64,000 bases of DNA, taken from the NCBI GenBank assembly GCA_951406725.2, contig OX597815.1, positions 161,138,001 to 161,202,000 of the forward strand, written 5' to 3'. Made by a program: the position numbers and the translations under genes. The notes under the pieces are model-generated. The model had not been told where the DNA came from, did not search any database, and saw only the letters and a list, made by a program, of their open reading frames with translations. Origin of the DNA: Octopus vulgaris. Lineage: Eukaryota. Shown here one piece after another: positions 38,572-51,151 of the stretch (the stretch's first letter is position 1; each line of letters opens with the position of its first letter).

Positions 38572-39596
38572 GTATGTTGTTTGATCATTATTTCAAGATT
38601 TTATCTTCTTCCCTTGTTTATACATTCACCATGTTTTTTTTTAATATTTTTCATTTTGATTATTTTGTATGGGTTTTTGTTATTCATTCATTCTCCTTCT
38701 ATATTATGTGTGTGTGTGTATTTATTGATATCATCTCTGTTTTCAATCCCTAACAATATTATTCTTATCATCTTACTCATTTTGTATTCTATCGTCTTCC
38801 CTTAGCTTTATTGATTTTGGCATTGATCAGAATAAATACATAATTCATGTATGCTAGAAGTATTTTTGTTTGTTTCCTTGCTATTGTTGTTTTGATTTTA
38901 TATATGTGTGTGTGTGTGTGTGTACATATAGCTATTTAACTGTTGTTCTTTACCTTCATGGAATAGTCTTATTTTTGTTGGCTTTTTGGGGGCCATTTTT
39001 TTTTTTGGTATATTTGAGGTTATAATGGAAAGATGAAAGTCAAAACTCATGTCTACAAGGGTTCTTACTGGATGCGAGGGGGTTACTTGGAAGTAAGAGA
39101 GAGTACAATTTAGTTCAAATTGCAGATTAATAATACTGAGTTCAAATGGATGAACCAGGGTTAAGGAAAGGCGCAGCGTTTAAGGAAGAAGACTAGTAAA
39201 AAATAAAGGATTGAACACTGCCTCTTGGAAATGTGATACAGCTTGGCCTGTATGTAAATGTGTATCGATATGCATGTGTGTGTATATGCATTACAACAAT
39301 GAGACATATAATTGGTTTCTTTAAGTGGGAGCAATGTGAAGGAAGTAAATCTAGAATATTGTTGTTTGTAATACTAGAAGGAGTAAAGTAAAGATGAGCA
39401 ATGGAAGAAAGAAAGGAAAGAATGTGGATAGTAAGCTAAATTGTTATGTGAAAAACAAGCTTTTTTTTAACCAAGGATATAAAATTCGAACCGCATGTCA
39501 TACTATTGTTATCGTTGAGTGAGAGAACAGTGCACACCATCAAAGTGATGGTGAGGTAAAAAGATCATCATCATCATCAAGAAGAAGAAGACTATG

Positions 39597-39772
39597 AGGT
39601 GGCTGAATTGTTAGCATGCCAGGCAAAATGCTTAACAGCATTTCGTCCGTCTTCACTTTTTGAGTTCAAATTCCTCTGAGGTTGACTTTGTCTTTCATCC
39701 TTTCAGGGTTAATAAATTAAAGTACCAGTGAAACACTATGGTCGATGTAATCAACTAGTCTCCTCCCACAAA
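39597..39772 (+). mobile_element. SINE family B
   Basis: gttagcatgccaggcaaaatgc...ctttcatcctttcagggttaataaatt. Confidence 0.75.
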
Positions 39773-39912
39773 TTATGAAGAGCATACTATACTTGGCATT
39801 AGGAAGAGCATACTATACTTTGAAGTAACATTAATAATTTGTCTCACATTTCTAACTTCTTATCCGTTTCATGAAGTTATTTTATTTTTTAAATATCTTA
39901 ATATGTTATAAT

Positions 39913-40116
39913 CCTTGCACAAGGCCTGAAATTTTGGGGGAGGGGACTAGTCAAATACTTCAACCCCAGTGTTTTACTGATACTTAATTTATCGATCCGA
40001 AAAAGATGAAAAGCAAAGTCAACCTTGGCAAAATTTGAACTCAGAATGTAAAGACAGACAAAATACCACTATGTATTCTGCCCGGCTTGCTAACATTTCT
40101 GCCAGCTCACTGCCTT
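39913..40116 (-). mobile_element. SINE family B with TSD cttaatatgttataat
   Basis: Reverse complement of the family. The direct repeat lies at ~39897 and ~40114. Confidence 0.8.
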
Positions 40117-40857
40117 AATATGTTATAATAAACAATAATCTTTGTAAAGATCAATTATATAATAGTTTACACAATTACAACATAATCTTTCACCTATTTT
40201 ACAACAGAGCATAAATTTATTCCATAATGTTTCAGGTTTATTTTGGAGATAAATTAATCTTTCTTCATTCTTAATTAATTGAATTTATAGCTTTTAATTA
40301 TCCATCTGTAAGCACAGTTAATATCATTTTGAATGTCAAACCCAGAGACGTGACAAAAAGCACATTTGAAACAACAGTTTACAAACCAGGAATCAAGCTG
40401 ATCTATTCCCAAAAGAAAATAACCAAATGTGATTTAAAATTACAGTTTGGTATCATTTGCTTCTCCTTGTCTTTGACAAAATGCATGTAAAGATGATAAT
40501 AGATAACACAGGCATTGTAATATTAGATAACATTCAATAATAATATTTTCAAAATATATAAACTATAAAAATGCCAGTGTGGCTGTGTGGTAAGAAGATT
40601 ATTTTCCAACCACATGGTTCTGGGTTCAGTCTCACAGTGTGGCATCTTCGGCAAGTGTTTTCTGTTTTACACTTGGGCCAATCAAAGGCTTGTGAGTGAA
40701 TTCAGTAGACAAAGATTGAAAGAAGCCCATTGCATAAGCTTTAAGCTTATAAAAATATTATTGTTATTATTTACAGAATTGTAAAAACATGGCACTGCTT
40801 ATAAAAACATTGCAGAGAAAAAAAAATAAAAAAATAAAATATATATATATATAATAT

Positions 40858-40940
<83 letters not shown>

Positions 40941-40942
40941 TA
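40858..40942. repeat. (GATA)n microsatellite
   Basis: Direct reading. Confidence 0.95.
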
Positions 40943-41379
40943 CACCACCTATTAATAGCTTGTTGATAGCTAGTTTGTTAACTGGTTTAGCAAATTTATG
41001 CAGTACCAGCACAGTGCTGTGTAAGTGCACCTGTGCAGGTGACAAATTAAAAGCATCCAGCACACTCTGTTAAGTGTTTGGCATTAAGAAGGGAATCCAG
41101 CCATAGAAATAATGTCACAACAGACAATTGGGATCTGGACAGCTCCCAGCTGGTCAACTCCATGTCAAACCATCCAGCTCATGCCATCATGATAATGTGT
41201 GTGTGTATGATGATATATACACACACACACAAGCAAGTAGACAAAGAAATGAAAGTAGCACTCAGCACTTTAGGCAGGTGTTAGATCTATTATTTAATGA
41301 CAGTTCAATTCAGCTCCATGCAACCTAGTGTAAAAAGCTAGGTTCATTTTACAACCTCTCAAAGCTTTAAGTTGTGTGC

Positions 41380-41720
41380 TGCTGTCCCCTGACTGGCTCC
41401 TGTTCCAATGGCACATAAAAGGAACCATTCAAATGTGGCCGATGCCAGTGCTCCATGACAGGCTCCTGTGCCAGTGGAACATAAAAAGCTCTATCTGAAC
41501 ATGATGGATGTCAAGCCCGCATGACTGGCTCCTGCACTGGTGGCACATAAAAAGCACCCACTACACTCTTGAAGTGGTTGGTATTAGGAAGGGCATGCAG
41601 CTGTAGAAATCTTGTCAGATCAGATTGGTGCTTGGTGCAGCCACTGGCTTCCTGGACCTCAGTCAAACCATCCAACCCATGCCAGCATGAAAAACAGACG
41701 TTAAACAATGATGATGATGA
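41380..41720 (+). mobile_element. RTE-tail retroelement with three internal tandem units
   Basis: Three gactggctcctg...cataaaa units, then the same tail as 15775-16152. Confidence 0.75.
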
Positions 41721-41734
41721 TATATGTATTGTCC

Positions 41735-42155
41735 ATTCTTTTATTTTTTTACTTATTTCAGTCATTAGACTATGGCCATGCTGGGGCACTGCCTTGAAAT
41801 TTGTTTTAGTCATATAAATCAACCCCAGTACTTAGTATTTTTATTTTTAAGCCTAGTACTTATTCTGTTGTTCTCTTTTGTCAAACCGCTAAGTTATGGT
41901 GATGCAAAACATGCCAACACCAGTTGTCAAGAGGTGGTTGGAGGACAAACACAGACAGATATACATACACATAGCAATACACACACACACATATATGTAT
42001 ATACAAAGGGCTTCTTTCGGTTTTCCTCCACCAAATCCACTATAGCTTGAGGCTATAGTAGAAGACACTAGCCCAAAGTGCCACACAGTGGGACAGAACC
42101 CAGATCCATGTAGTTGGGAAGCAAGCTTCTCACCACACAGCCATGCCCGAGCCTA
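41735..42155 (-). mobile_element. SINE family A, full length
   Basis: Colinear reverse complement of the family. Confidence 0.8.
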
Positions 42156-42316
42156 TATATATATATATATATTTATAAATTTATATTCAGGGCAAGTGAG
42201 TAATTATACAGGCCAAGCCACATGCTGAAAAATAAAAGCCAAATGTCTCTAAACTACCTTAACATACCACAATAAACATACATGTGCCGAACTCGGCAAA
42301 CAAGCAAAAAAGATTC

Positions 42317-42347
<31 letters not shown>

Positions 42348-42838
42348 TATGTATATATATATTGCATACATACATTAAAACTTATAAACACACAGTGAAT
42401 TTTGCTTACTTTTTATCCTTCAATCCTGGACATGATTATGATTCTGACAGATAATGGCTTGTGATAATATAAGCACATGTATTTCCCTGATCAGCAGGAC
42501 CACAGGAGAGGAATTTAAACCGAAATAAACTTGTTTCTGTAGTATCTTCATCTTTTATGTAAAGCAAAACATGAGATGTTATTATAAACAAAGTTGAAAT
42601 GTTTTAAGTTTCAAGTAAAAGCACTCAAGGGAGCATGTTCTTTATACAAAGGGCTCTACTGTTTGGATGTGATATCTAAATCATAGAATTGGAGATGTGT
42701 CTCTAAACATTTGTTAAAGAAATCTAGAATGTATTACCTTACCAAAATTATGACAAAGCCTCAGTATAGATATGTGGTGCAAGGGTGATAATGTGTAATT
42801 TAAATATAATGAAATAACATTCAATCATCACACACACA

Positions 42839-42875
<37 letters not shown>

Positions 42876-42887
42876 GCACACACACAC

Positions 42888-43165
42888 ATCTTTATTTGTT
42901 TCAGTCATTTGACTATGGCCAAGCTGGATCACCACTTTGAAAAATTTCAGTTTGAATGAATTGATCCCTGTACTTATATTTTGATAAGGCTGTTACTTAT
43001 TCTATCTCTCTCTTTTGTTGAACCACTAAGTTACGGGGACATAAACACACCAATACCTGTAGTCAAGTGGTAGTGTGGAAGACACTTACCCAAGATGCCA
43101 TGCAATGAGACTGAACCCAGAACCATGTGTTTGAGAAGCAAGCTTCTCACCACACAGCCAAGCCT
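42888..43165 (-). mobile_element. SINE family A, internally deleted
   Basis: Tail and head are joined at gtggaagacac. Confidence 0.7.
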
Positions 43166-43269
43166 ATTTGATTGCAATATATATGCTTTGATTCATTTTT
43201 TTAGCTGTCCTTTAAATTTTATATATTTTTATTTACCAACATCGCCTTACTAGCCGTTACCTGTGTCGC

Positions 43270-43587
43270 CTTACTAGCACTTGTACTGGTGCCACATGTA
43301 AAAAAAACATTCGAGTGAGGTTGTTGCCAGGGGGCACATAAAAAGCACCATTTGAGCGTAACTATTGCCAGTACCACCTAACTGGCCCTCGTGCCGGTGG
43401 CACGTAAAAGTACCCACTACACTCTCAGAGTGGTTGGTGTTAGAAAGGGCATCCAGTTGTAGAAACTCTGCGAGATCAGATTGGAGTCTGGTGCAGCCAT
43501 CTGGTTCACCAGACCTCAGTGAAATCATCCAACCCATGCTAGCATGGAAAGCAGACGTTAAACCATGATGATGATGATGATGATGAT
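43270..43587 (+). mobile_element. RTE-tail retroelement
   Basis: Tandem units plus ccaacccatgctagcatggaaagcagacgttaa and (GAT)n. Confidence 0.75.
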
Positions 43588-44202
43588 ATTATCACTATAG
43601 CTTTACATAAGTTTATTCTTCCCCTTTTCAAGAGTTTGCATGGGAATACAGTTTTAATATTTTTTTATTAATACATACATACATACATTCATCATGTTCA
43701 TTTGTTGGAGTGACAAGGACCATCTGGTCATCCTTAGGAATGACTAATGACTTGTGCATTGATTTTGTTGAAGTTGAAGATGACCTCACTCTCTGGTGTG
43801 TGATCATCTTCAATCCAGTGGCAAGATCAAGTCAAGATTGACTGGTGATGGAGTTGGATGCAGTAGATGACAAATATGTTTTATTTGCCTCATCATCCTC
43901 CCTGCAATCCACAGTGCATTGCTGTAGTTGTTTTCCTCTCTGTTAAACTATGAATGTTTCTGCTGCAAAGTCCATTAGATCTAGTATTCACATGTACTCA
44001 TATGTTAATTAACCAATAGCTGGGACCCTGACAGGTAATTATTGCTCCAGGTCAGAGTAAACCTGGGAATAATAGTGGCTAAGAGGTGGTTCCACATTCC
44101 TCAAAACACTGAACTCCCAAACTAGGGCCCCACTAATGGATGCAGTTTAAGGTCATATTCAGGTCACAGACGGATGGACAAACAGACAGACAGACACACT
44201 CA

Positions 44203-44409
44203 TACATACATTGAATTAGTACTTAATATAGTGACAGAGTTGTAATTTTCATATTTCAGCTTTATTTTCTGTTGAAGCAGTTTATCATCCCACTTAAATT
44301 AATTAATTATGAATTTTAAAATTATCATATCAATGTGTTTGAATTGTTAACTATTGAACAACTGTAGAGCTTAAAATAAAATTCTGAAAGTATCTATGAA
44401 ACAATTGCT
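44203..44409 (+). repeat. Direct repeat copy 1 (~207 bp; copy 2 at 46332-46539)
   Basis: Manual alignment gives about 9 substitutions and 1 indel. Confidence 0.95.
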
Positions 44410-44410
44410 A

Positions 44411-44413
<3 letters not shown>

Positions 44414-44477
<64 letters not shown>
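44414..44477. repeat. (CT)n microsatellite upstream of the linker exon
   Basis: Direct reading. Confidence 0.95.
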
Positions 44478-44480
<3 letters not shown>

Positions 44481-44559
44481 TGTATATATATATATATATT
44501 TGTATTATTTTCTATTACAATAAAACTATATTTATATATCTTTACTATTTTCATTTCAG

Positions 44560-44640
44560 GCTGAATTGTCCCATCCACTGAATTACCGTGGGCTGAAAAA
44601 CATGTGTAATGATACAGACAGAATCTATGATGAGTTTCAA
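44560..44640 (+). CDS. Receptor-type PTP, linker exon (AELSHPLNYRGLKNMCNDTDRIYDEFQ)
   Basis: Acceptor ttttcatttcag, donor caa|gtaaga, 81 nt, phase 0/0. It ends in the xxEFxx helix that precedes PTP domains. Absent from the ORF track. Confidence 0.85.
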
Positions 44641-44947
44641 GTAAGAAATTATAATTAAATTAATATTTGTAAAAATTCGAAAACAGCCATTGTAAAAGCC
44701 ACTAAATACGAGCTTGTGGCCCAATACAAAACTATACTGGCAAAAATCTGTAGCCTTTCCCTTGGATGAATATTGGTAGTGTGCAGAGGTGACACTTCCA
44801 TGATGGTCAACCTCTAGTCTTCCTCAGAAAAATCTTATCCTAACTTGCACATATGTACACTGGTGCATTGTCAACCAGCAAAGCACCCTACCTCATCACT
44901 ACCATTTTGATTGTCATGAAGTGTTTGCATATTACTTTATAGAAGGA

Positions 44948-44986
<39 letters not shown>

Positions 44987-45609
44987 CGTGCGTGCGTGTG
45001 TGTGTGTGTGTGTGTGTGTCTGTCTGTCTGTTTGTCTGCTGGTGTTTACACCACCTCATCTTGATAGTTTTTAACCAGTGTAACTGTCTTACAAGCGGTG
45101 TCATTCATCTCCAGCCTTCCAAATTATATCCACTCATAGAGGATATTACCCATAAATTGGAAAACAAACAGGAGTTGATAACAGGAAGGGAAGGTATGTG
45201 CTTGTGCCTCCGTCTCTTGATATCATGCGAGTATTGTAAACGAGCGTTACTGTCATACAAGTGGTGACATTTGTTTCCAGTCTGGTCATTGGGAAATATT
45301 ACCTTGCTTGGAAATGAGCAAAAGTTAGTAACATGAAGGGTATCTGGCAGTAGGAAAATCCACCTCAAAAAAGTTTTGTCTGGCCCATGCAAACATGGAA
45401 AAGTGGACATAAAAATTATGATGAGTTTAACAACAATAACGATGATGATGATGATGATACCTACAGTATATTTTTTTGGTTTTTGTTTTTGGTCAGGAGA
45501 GAAGGCAATGCCCATGATCTTTTCATATGATTTCCAAGACTGTAAGGAAGGCAACTTCAAATTGAGATCTAGCTTGGGTGTTATGTCTACAGAATAGAAT
45601 CTACTAAAG

Positions 45610-46061
45610 CAGTCATTTTCAACCATTTTTAAAAATCTTTTATTACTATTTTATTCTGGTGGACCCCTATAAGTATTCGATGTTTATAAACTAACAAATT
45701 AGCAAGTTAGAAAATCTCTATAAAAGACCAAACATTACCTCATTTATAAACTAGTTTTTACAGAAGTTTCTTTCAAAACTACTGTTTTGTTTTTCACACA
45801 TTATAGGTTTAAACTATGTAAAATGTTAGAGAAAGAAACCTGGCTATTTTCTTGCAATAAATACATCTCTTGTATAAACCCCAACCCCAGGATCATATGA
45901 ACCTAACTGTTCCTTGCAATAAATACATCTAAAGCAAAATTTTTTTTATGGACCCTTAATATACTACAGTGGGCCCCTAATTTACTATTTTCTTTGAGTG
46001 GACCCCAAAAATATCTTAAATGGACTGCAGGGGTCAAATAGACCCTGGTGTAGAACCACAG
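45610..46061. mobile_element. hAT (Charlie-like) MITE with perfect 8 bp TSD tactaaag
   Basis: TSD at 45602-45609 and 46062-46069. Degenerate TIR cagtcattttcaacc / ggtgtagaaccacag. Confidence 0.8.
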
Positions 46062-46247
46062 TACTAAAGGGTTCAAGATGCCAGGTGTCAGTGGTAAACT
46101 GGGTTATGGTTTAAATCTCCCATCCAATTAGGTTGTGTGTGACGGGATTTGAACTTAGAATGCAATATGATGGAACAAATACCACAAAGCATTTTTACCA
46201 AAATTCTTGCAGTTTCATCAGTCCAATCGCCTGGATTGTTGTTTTTT

Positions 46248-46815
46248 TAATCTTTCATTTGTTTTAGTCATTGGACTACAGCCATGCTGGAGCACTGCTC
46301 TGAAGGGCTTAGTCAAACAAATTGACCCCAGTACATACATTGAATTAGTGCTTAAAATAGTGACAGAGTTTTGATTTTCATATTTCAGCTTTATTTTCTG
46401 TTGAAGCAGTTTATCATCCTACTTAAATTAATTAATTATGAATTTTAAAATTATTGTATCAATGTGTTTGAATTGTTAACTGTTGAACAACTGTAGAGCT
46501 TAGAATAAAAATTCTGAAAGTATCTATGAAACAATTGCTGGAACTTAGTCTCAAAGTGCTAAGTTACAAAGACATAAACAAACCAACACCAGTTATCCAG
46601 CAGTTATGGAGTGGGGGCAAACAAACACAAAAATACACACACATAGATATAAACATATATATAACTATGAAACAGGCTTCTTTCAGTTTTCGTCTATCAC
46701 ATTCATTCACAAGACTTCAGTTAGTTCAAGGCAATAGTAAAAGACACATAATGGGACTGAACCCAGAACGATGTGGTTGGGAAGCAAACTGTTTACCACA
46801 CAGCTACACCTGCAC
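46248..46815 (-). mobile_element. SINE family A interrupted by a copy of local intron sequence
   Basis: Tail 46248-46333, insert 46332-46539, body and head resume afterwards. Confidence 0.75.
46332..46539 (+). repeat. Direct repeat copy 2 of 44203-44409
   Basis: Manual alignment. Confidence 0.95.
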
Positions 46816-47539
46816 CTATAATAATGTGTGACAACAGTAGTAAATATTCACTTTAGCTTAGTCAGTTTGGGGCTATAGTAGAAGACACTTTCCTGCCATG
46901 CTACACAGTGGGACTGAACCCAGAACCATGTGGTTGGGAAGCAAGCTTCTTACTACACCCTCATACCTAGATTTGTGGAAAATGATGAAAAGCAAAGTTG
47001 ACATTGTCAGGATTAATATAGATGATTACACGATAAATTCCATTTCATGTCTATCACTGACTCAACCTTCACCATCTGTAGAGATCAATGTCAAACAAAT
47101 TTCCACAGCATAGATTTAATAATAATCATAGAACTATCAGTGTATATAACAAATCATATAACATGTTTTATAAAAAAAAAAATCACACCTTAGAAATATA
47201 AAATTTGAATATATTTACATTGGAAATTTTATGTGTATATGCCAATTAATAAAGTGAGACTCAAATATAGGGTAAGAAAAAAAAAAAAAAGAAGAAACAA
47301 AAAAGAAAAATTTCTTTGCTAACATCAAGGTAGACTTTGAATATGGTAGATCAATAACAGCGCAGTGTGTTTAATAGCGCAATGTATTCAATTATATATG
47401 CTATGCATGCATATGAAATTGTTGTAAATAGTACAGGAAGTAAACATGGTGAATATTGCGAGACTAATAAAAGTATCTCTCTCTCTCACTCATTCTGTCT
47501 CTTCCTCTCTCTCTCTCTTTCTATATATATATATTTATG

Positions 47540-47594
<55 letters not shown>

Positions 47595-47597
<3 letters not shown>

Positions 47598-47766
47598 TGC
47601 AGGAGTGGCTGGGTGGTAAGTAGCTTGGTTACTAACCACATGGTTCCGGGTTCAGTCTCACTGCGTGGCACCTTGGGCAAGTGTCTTCTACTATAGCCTC
47701 GGGCTGACCAAAGCCTTGTGAGTGGCTTTGGTAGATGGAAACTGAAAGAGGCCCATCGTATATATG

Positions 47767-47797
<31 letters not shown>

Positions 47798-48027
47798 ATA
47801 TATGTTTGTGTGTCTATGTTTGTCCCCCCCCCCCCAAACATCGCTTGACAACCGATGCTGGTGTATTTACTTCCCCGTAACTTAGCGAGATCGATAGAAT
47901 AAGTACTTGGCTTACAAAGAATAAGTCCTGGGGTCGATTTGCTCGACTAAAGGTGGTGCTCCAGCATGGCCACAGTCGTGGTGCTCCAGCATGGCCACAG
48001 TCAAATGACTGAAACAAGTAAAAGAGT
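47595..48027 (+). mobile_element. SINE family A, young copy used here as reference
   Basis: tRNA-like head with B-box-like gggttcagtc, internal (TA)/(TG) tract, CpGs intact, 25 bp tandem duplication in the tail. Confidence 0.9.
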
Positions 48028-48699
48028 AATATATATATATATATATATATATATTCTTTCTCTCTCACTCTCTCTCTCTCTCTCTAATACACATATTAAA
48101 TGTATAAGTTGTGTTTTTCTACGTACACACTCACATGAACGAATGCACACAACCCCTTGTTTTTCTTCGTATTTTGGAGACTCATATAATTACGAGTAAC
48201 ATATTAATGAATAAACTCCATTCTTTTAAATTTAAAAAATATATAACTTTCTAAAAAAAAAACGTTACTGTTATAGCATATGGGCTATTTGTAAATTTTT
48301 ATCCTAGGCCATGGGTCCGTAGGGAAGTGTACCCTCTAAACCCATCCTGCAAATAATAATAATCCTTTCTACTATAGGCTCAAGATCCGAAATTTTGGTG
48401 GAGACGGCTAGTAGATTACCCCAACGTTTGCCGGCAAATTATTTACCATATGCAGTACTCATGTGCCCTAAAACTGCCCGGATGCCCGACAACACGCGCA
48501 TACATACGAACCCCTAGCATTAGGGAAACTTAGTACGAAGATATATTCAACTAATGTTTGTCATTCTGACTCCCAAGAAACTGGCGTCGGAATTTGACCG
48601 TGTCATGTTCCAAGGGAAATAACTCTTCATCTGAGAGCTAAAATTAAAACGATCAGAATGAAAATTGATAAATTCCATTTTGTTGACAATTTGGTAATA

Positions 48700-49070
48700 A
48701 TTCTCTTTTACTTATTTCATTCATTAGACTACGGCCTTGCTAGAGCACCACCTTGAAGAATCTTAGTCGAACGAATCGACCCTTGCATGTATTTAATTAG
48801 TACCAAGCCGTTAAGGGGAGGTAAACAAACTGACATCGGTTGTCAAGCAGTAGTGGAGGGGGACAAAGACACACACACTTACATATACGATGGGTTTCCT
48901 TCAGTTCCCGTTTACCAAATCCACTCACATGGCTTTGCTCTACCCGGAGCTATAGTAGAAGGCATTTGCTCAAGGTGCCACGCAGTGGGACAGAACCTGG
49001 AACCATGTGGTTGAACTGAAACCGTGTGGTTGGGGAAACAGGCTTCTTACCATACTTACCACGCTTGCAC
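48700..49070 (-). mobile_element. SINE family A
   Basis: Colinear reverse complement of the family. Confidence 0.8.
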
Positions 49071-49428
49071 TTATAGATTTCTTTCTTACTTTTTTGTTTA
49101 GTAGTTAGATATTGTTCTTCGATTGTAACTGTGAATGACAAAAACAGTAGAATGATGAACTAAATGAAGTACTTTAGATAGGCTTCTTTGAAATCTGAGC
49201 TTATCGCCCACCAGAGCTGTCTTTATCTTCCGCCCTTCGTAAGTCATTGATGTTTCTCTCAACTAGGGCTTGTGAGCATGAACTTAAATTTATAAAACAA
49301 TTATTTCAGTCAATATTTTACATTACGGTAAAGAAAAAAAAGGGAAGAAAAAAAGAAAGAAACTACCTCGTCCGACACGGTTGAAATTGAAGATTTCAAA
49401 AATGTAAGAAGTACACTACATGAATACC

Positions 49429-49660
49429 TATTTCTTTATTACCCACAAGGGGCTAAACACAGAGGGGATAAACAAGGACAGACATAGGTATTAAGTCGAT
49501 TACATCGACCCCAGTGCGTAACTGGTACTTAATTTATCGACCCCGAAAGGATGAAAGGCAAAGTCGACCTCGGCGGAATTTGAACTCACAACGTAACGCA
49601 GACGAAATACGGCTAAGCATTTCGCCCGGCGTGCTAACGTTTCTGCCAGCCCGCCGCCTT
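49429..49660 (-). mobile_element. SINE family B, young, with 17 bp TSD tacactacatgaatacc
   Basis: TSD at 49412-49428 and 49667-49683. CpGs intact. Confidence 0.9.
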
Positions 49661-49850
49661 TATGAATACACTACATGAATACCCGAGGGAGTGTTTGTCC
49701 AGGATAGGACTACACAGCCACAGAAGGAAATGTATCAGGACATAAAAAAAACAAACAAAAAAAAAAACATGCGCAACTCCATTGTCTCCCGAGACAGAAA
49801 GGATGCCAATACAATACAATACATGAATACCATACACTTAAAACTATGCT

Positions 49851-49953
49851 GAGCATATTGAAGTAATATATGAGTGAATATTCTGCAGTAATATATGAGC
49901 GTGTTGAAATAACATACGAGCGTATATTCTGCAGTAACATATGAACATATTGA
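49851..49953. repeat. Minisatellite with alternating 21/25 bp units
   Basis: gagcatattgaagtaatatat then gagtgaatattctgcagtaatatat, repeated twice. Confidence 0.75.
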
Positions 49954-50299
49954 GCGTATGGTCGAACATTTGAAAATATAGTTCGCAGCGAACTTTAAAC
50001 CTTCAAATGAATTCCCTACACCCTCATCTCTAGCTATTAGATAAACAGCTACACTAGTCTTTTGATGAATGAAATTATACAGATGTAGGGAGATCTGTTA
50101 AACAGAAATATCTGTTCTTAAAAGATAAGCAGATTTTATCCGTCATCCTGTTTAACACTAGTACCTGCATGTATATCTTTAGTACCTTTATTGGAATCCA
50201 CACCTCGGCGGAATTTGAACTCAGAACGTAACCGCAGACGAATTACGGCTACGCATTTCGCCCTGCGTGCTAACGTTTCTGCCAGCTCGCCGCCTTATT

Positions 50300-50835
50300 C
50301 ATTGGAAATATCTAAGAAAGTCATGAGGATGTACAGTCTACGAGCGGTAGAAACACCAAACTGGTAGAACCAGAAAATACTTTGTCCCCAATCAATTACA
50401 AACCTTCTATAAAGCTTGTCTGAGATCCACTGTGGAAGATTACTCTGTACACTGTGACTCATAGATGTGTTTTCTCCTCTCCCTGCCTTTTCTACCATCA
50501 TCGCAAGAGGTTATACTTGTAACTGGCTGGTTTCATGCCAACCCCACTCAAAGACTTTTGATTCTCTCGTCTCTTCTCCTCCTTTCCAATCGTGTTGTGT
50601 CCACCACTCAGACAGCATACGTCCTTTCGTTTTAAGTATGGTAAGTGTCAAACCTGTGCTGGTTGATTTACCGACACATGACGTCATACTGAAAATGAAA
50701 GGATGTCGCCGTACACTAACCACTGCATCAGCCCTTTCTTTCAAGAACTTCGGATCTCTGGAATTGCTTCCCTGCATATATTTTTCTTGTAGCCGTTAGT
50801 TTGCAACAGAACGTTAATGGCGTCAATCTCACTGG
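50300..50835 (+). mobile_element. Decayed CR1/L2-group LINE 3' fragment
   Basis: Reads RTRKYFVPNQLQTFYKACLRSTVEDYS and later PFFQ(R)TSDLWNCFPAYIF with frameshifts. Confidence 0.65.
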
Positions 50836-51000
50836 TCTCTGAGAATTTGTTATAGCTATGGAGACGACCCTTTTACTCAAGACAAAACTACTGACAAACA
50901 AAAAAATCGCACGCTACCATCTTTAAGAAGGGCACGCTGGACAATATAATCCTAGCTGCACTATTCCTGGAAAACAAAATAGGGAATGATGGCTGCTAGG

Positions 51001-51151
51001 CACTAGCGTAGCTAGAGTGTGTGCCACCCGGAACTGCCCTTCCGTTTGCCGCCCCCGGACCCCACAAAACACATATTGCTTACAGCAGATCCAAAAGAGC
51101 CGCTCCTTTAAAAATGTCACCCGGTGCGGACCAAACCCAGCTACGCTAATG
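51001..51151. mobile_element. hAT (Tip100-like) MITE
   Basis: TIR cactagcgtagct / agctacgctaatg, imperfect 8 bp TSD ctgctagg / ctactaag. Confidence 0.75.

Noticed and set aside
45105-45626. 173 aa minus-strand ORF
   Set aside because: It runs through a (GAT)n-tailed repeat, and the Ile/Val stretch comes from the microsatellite.
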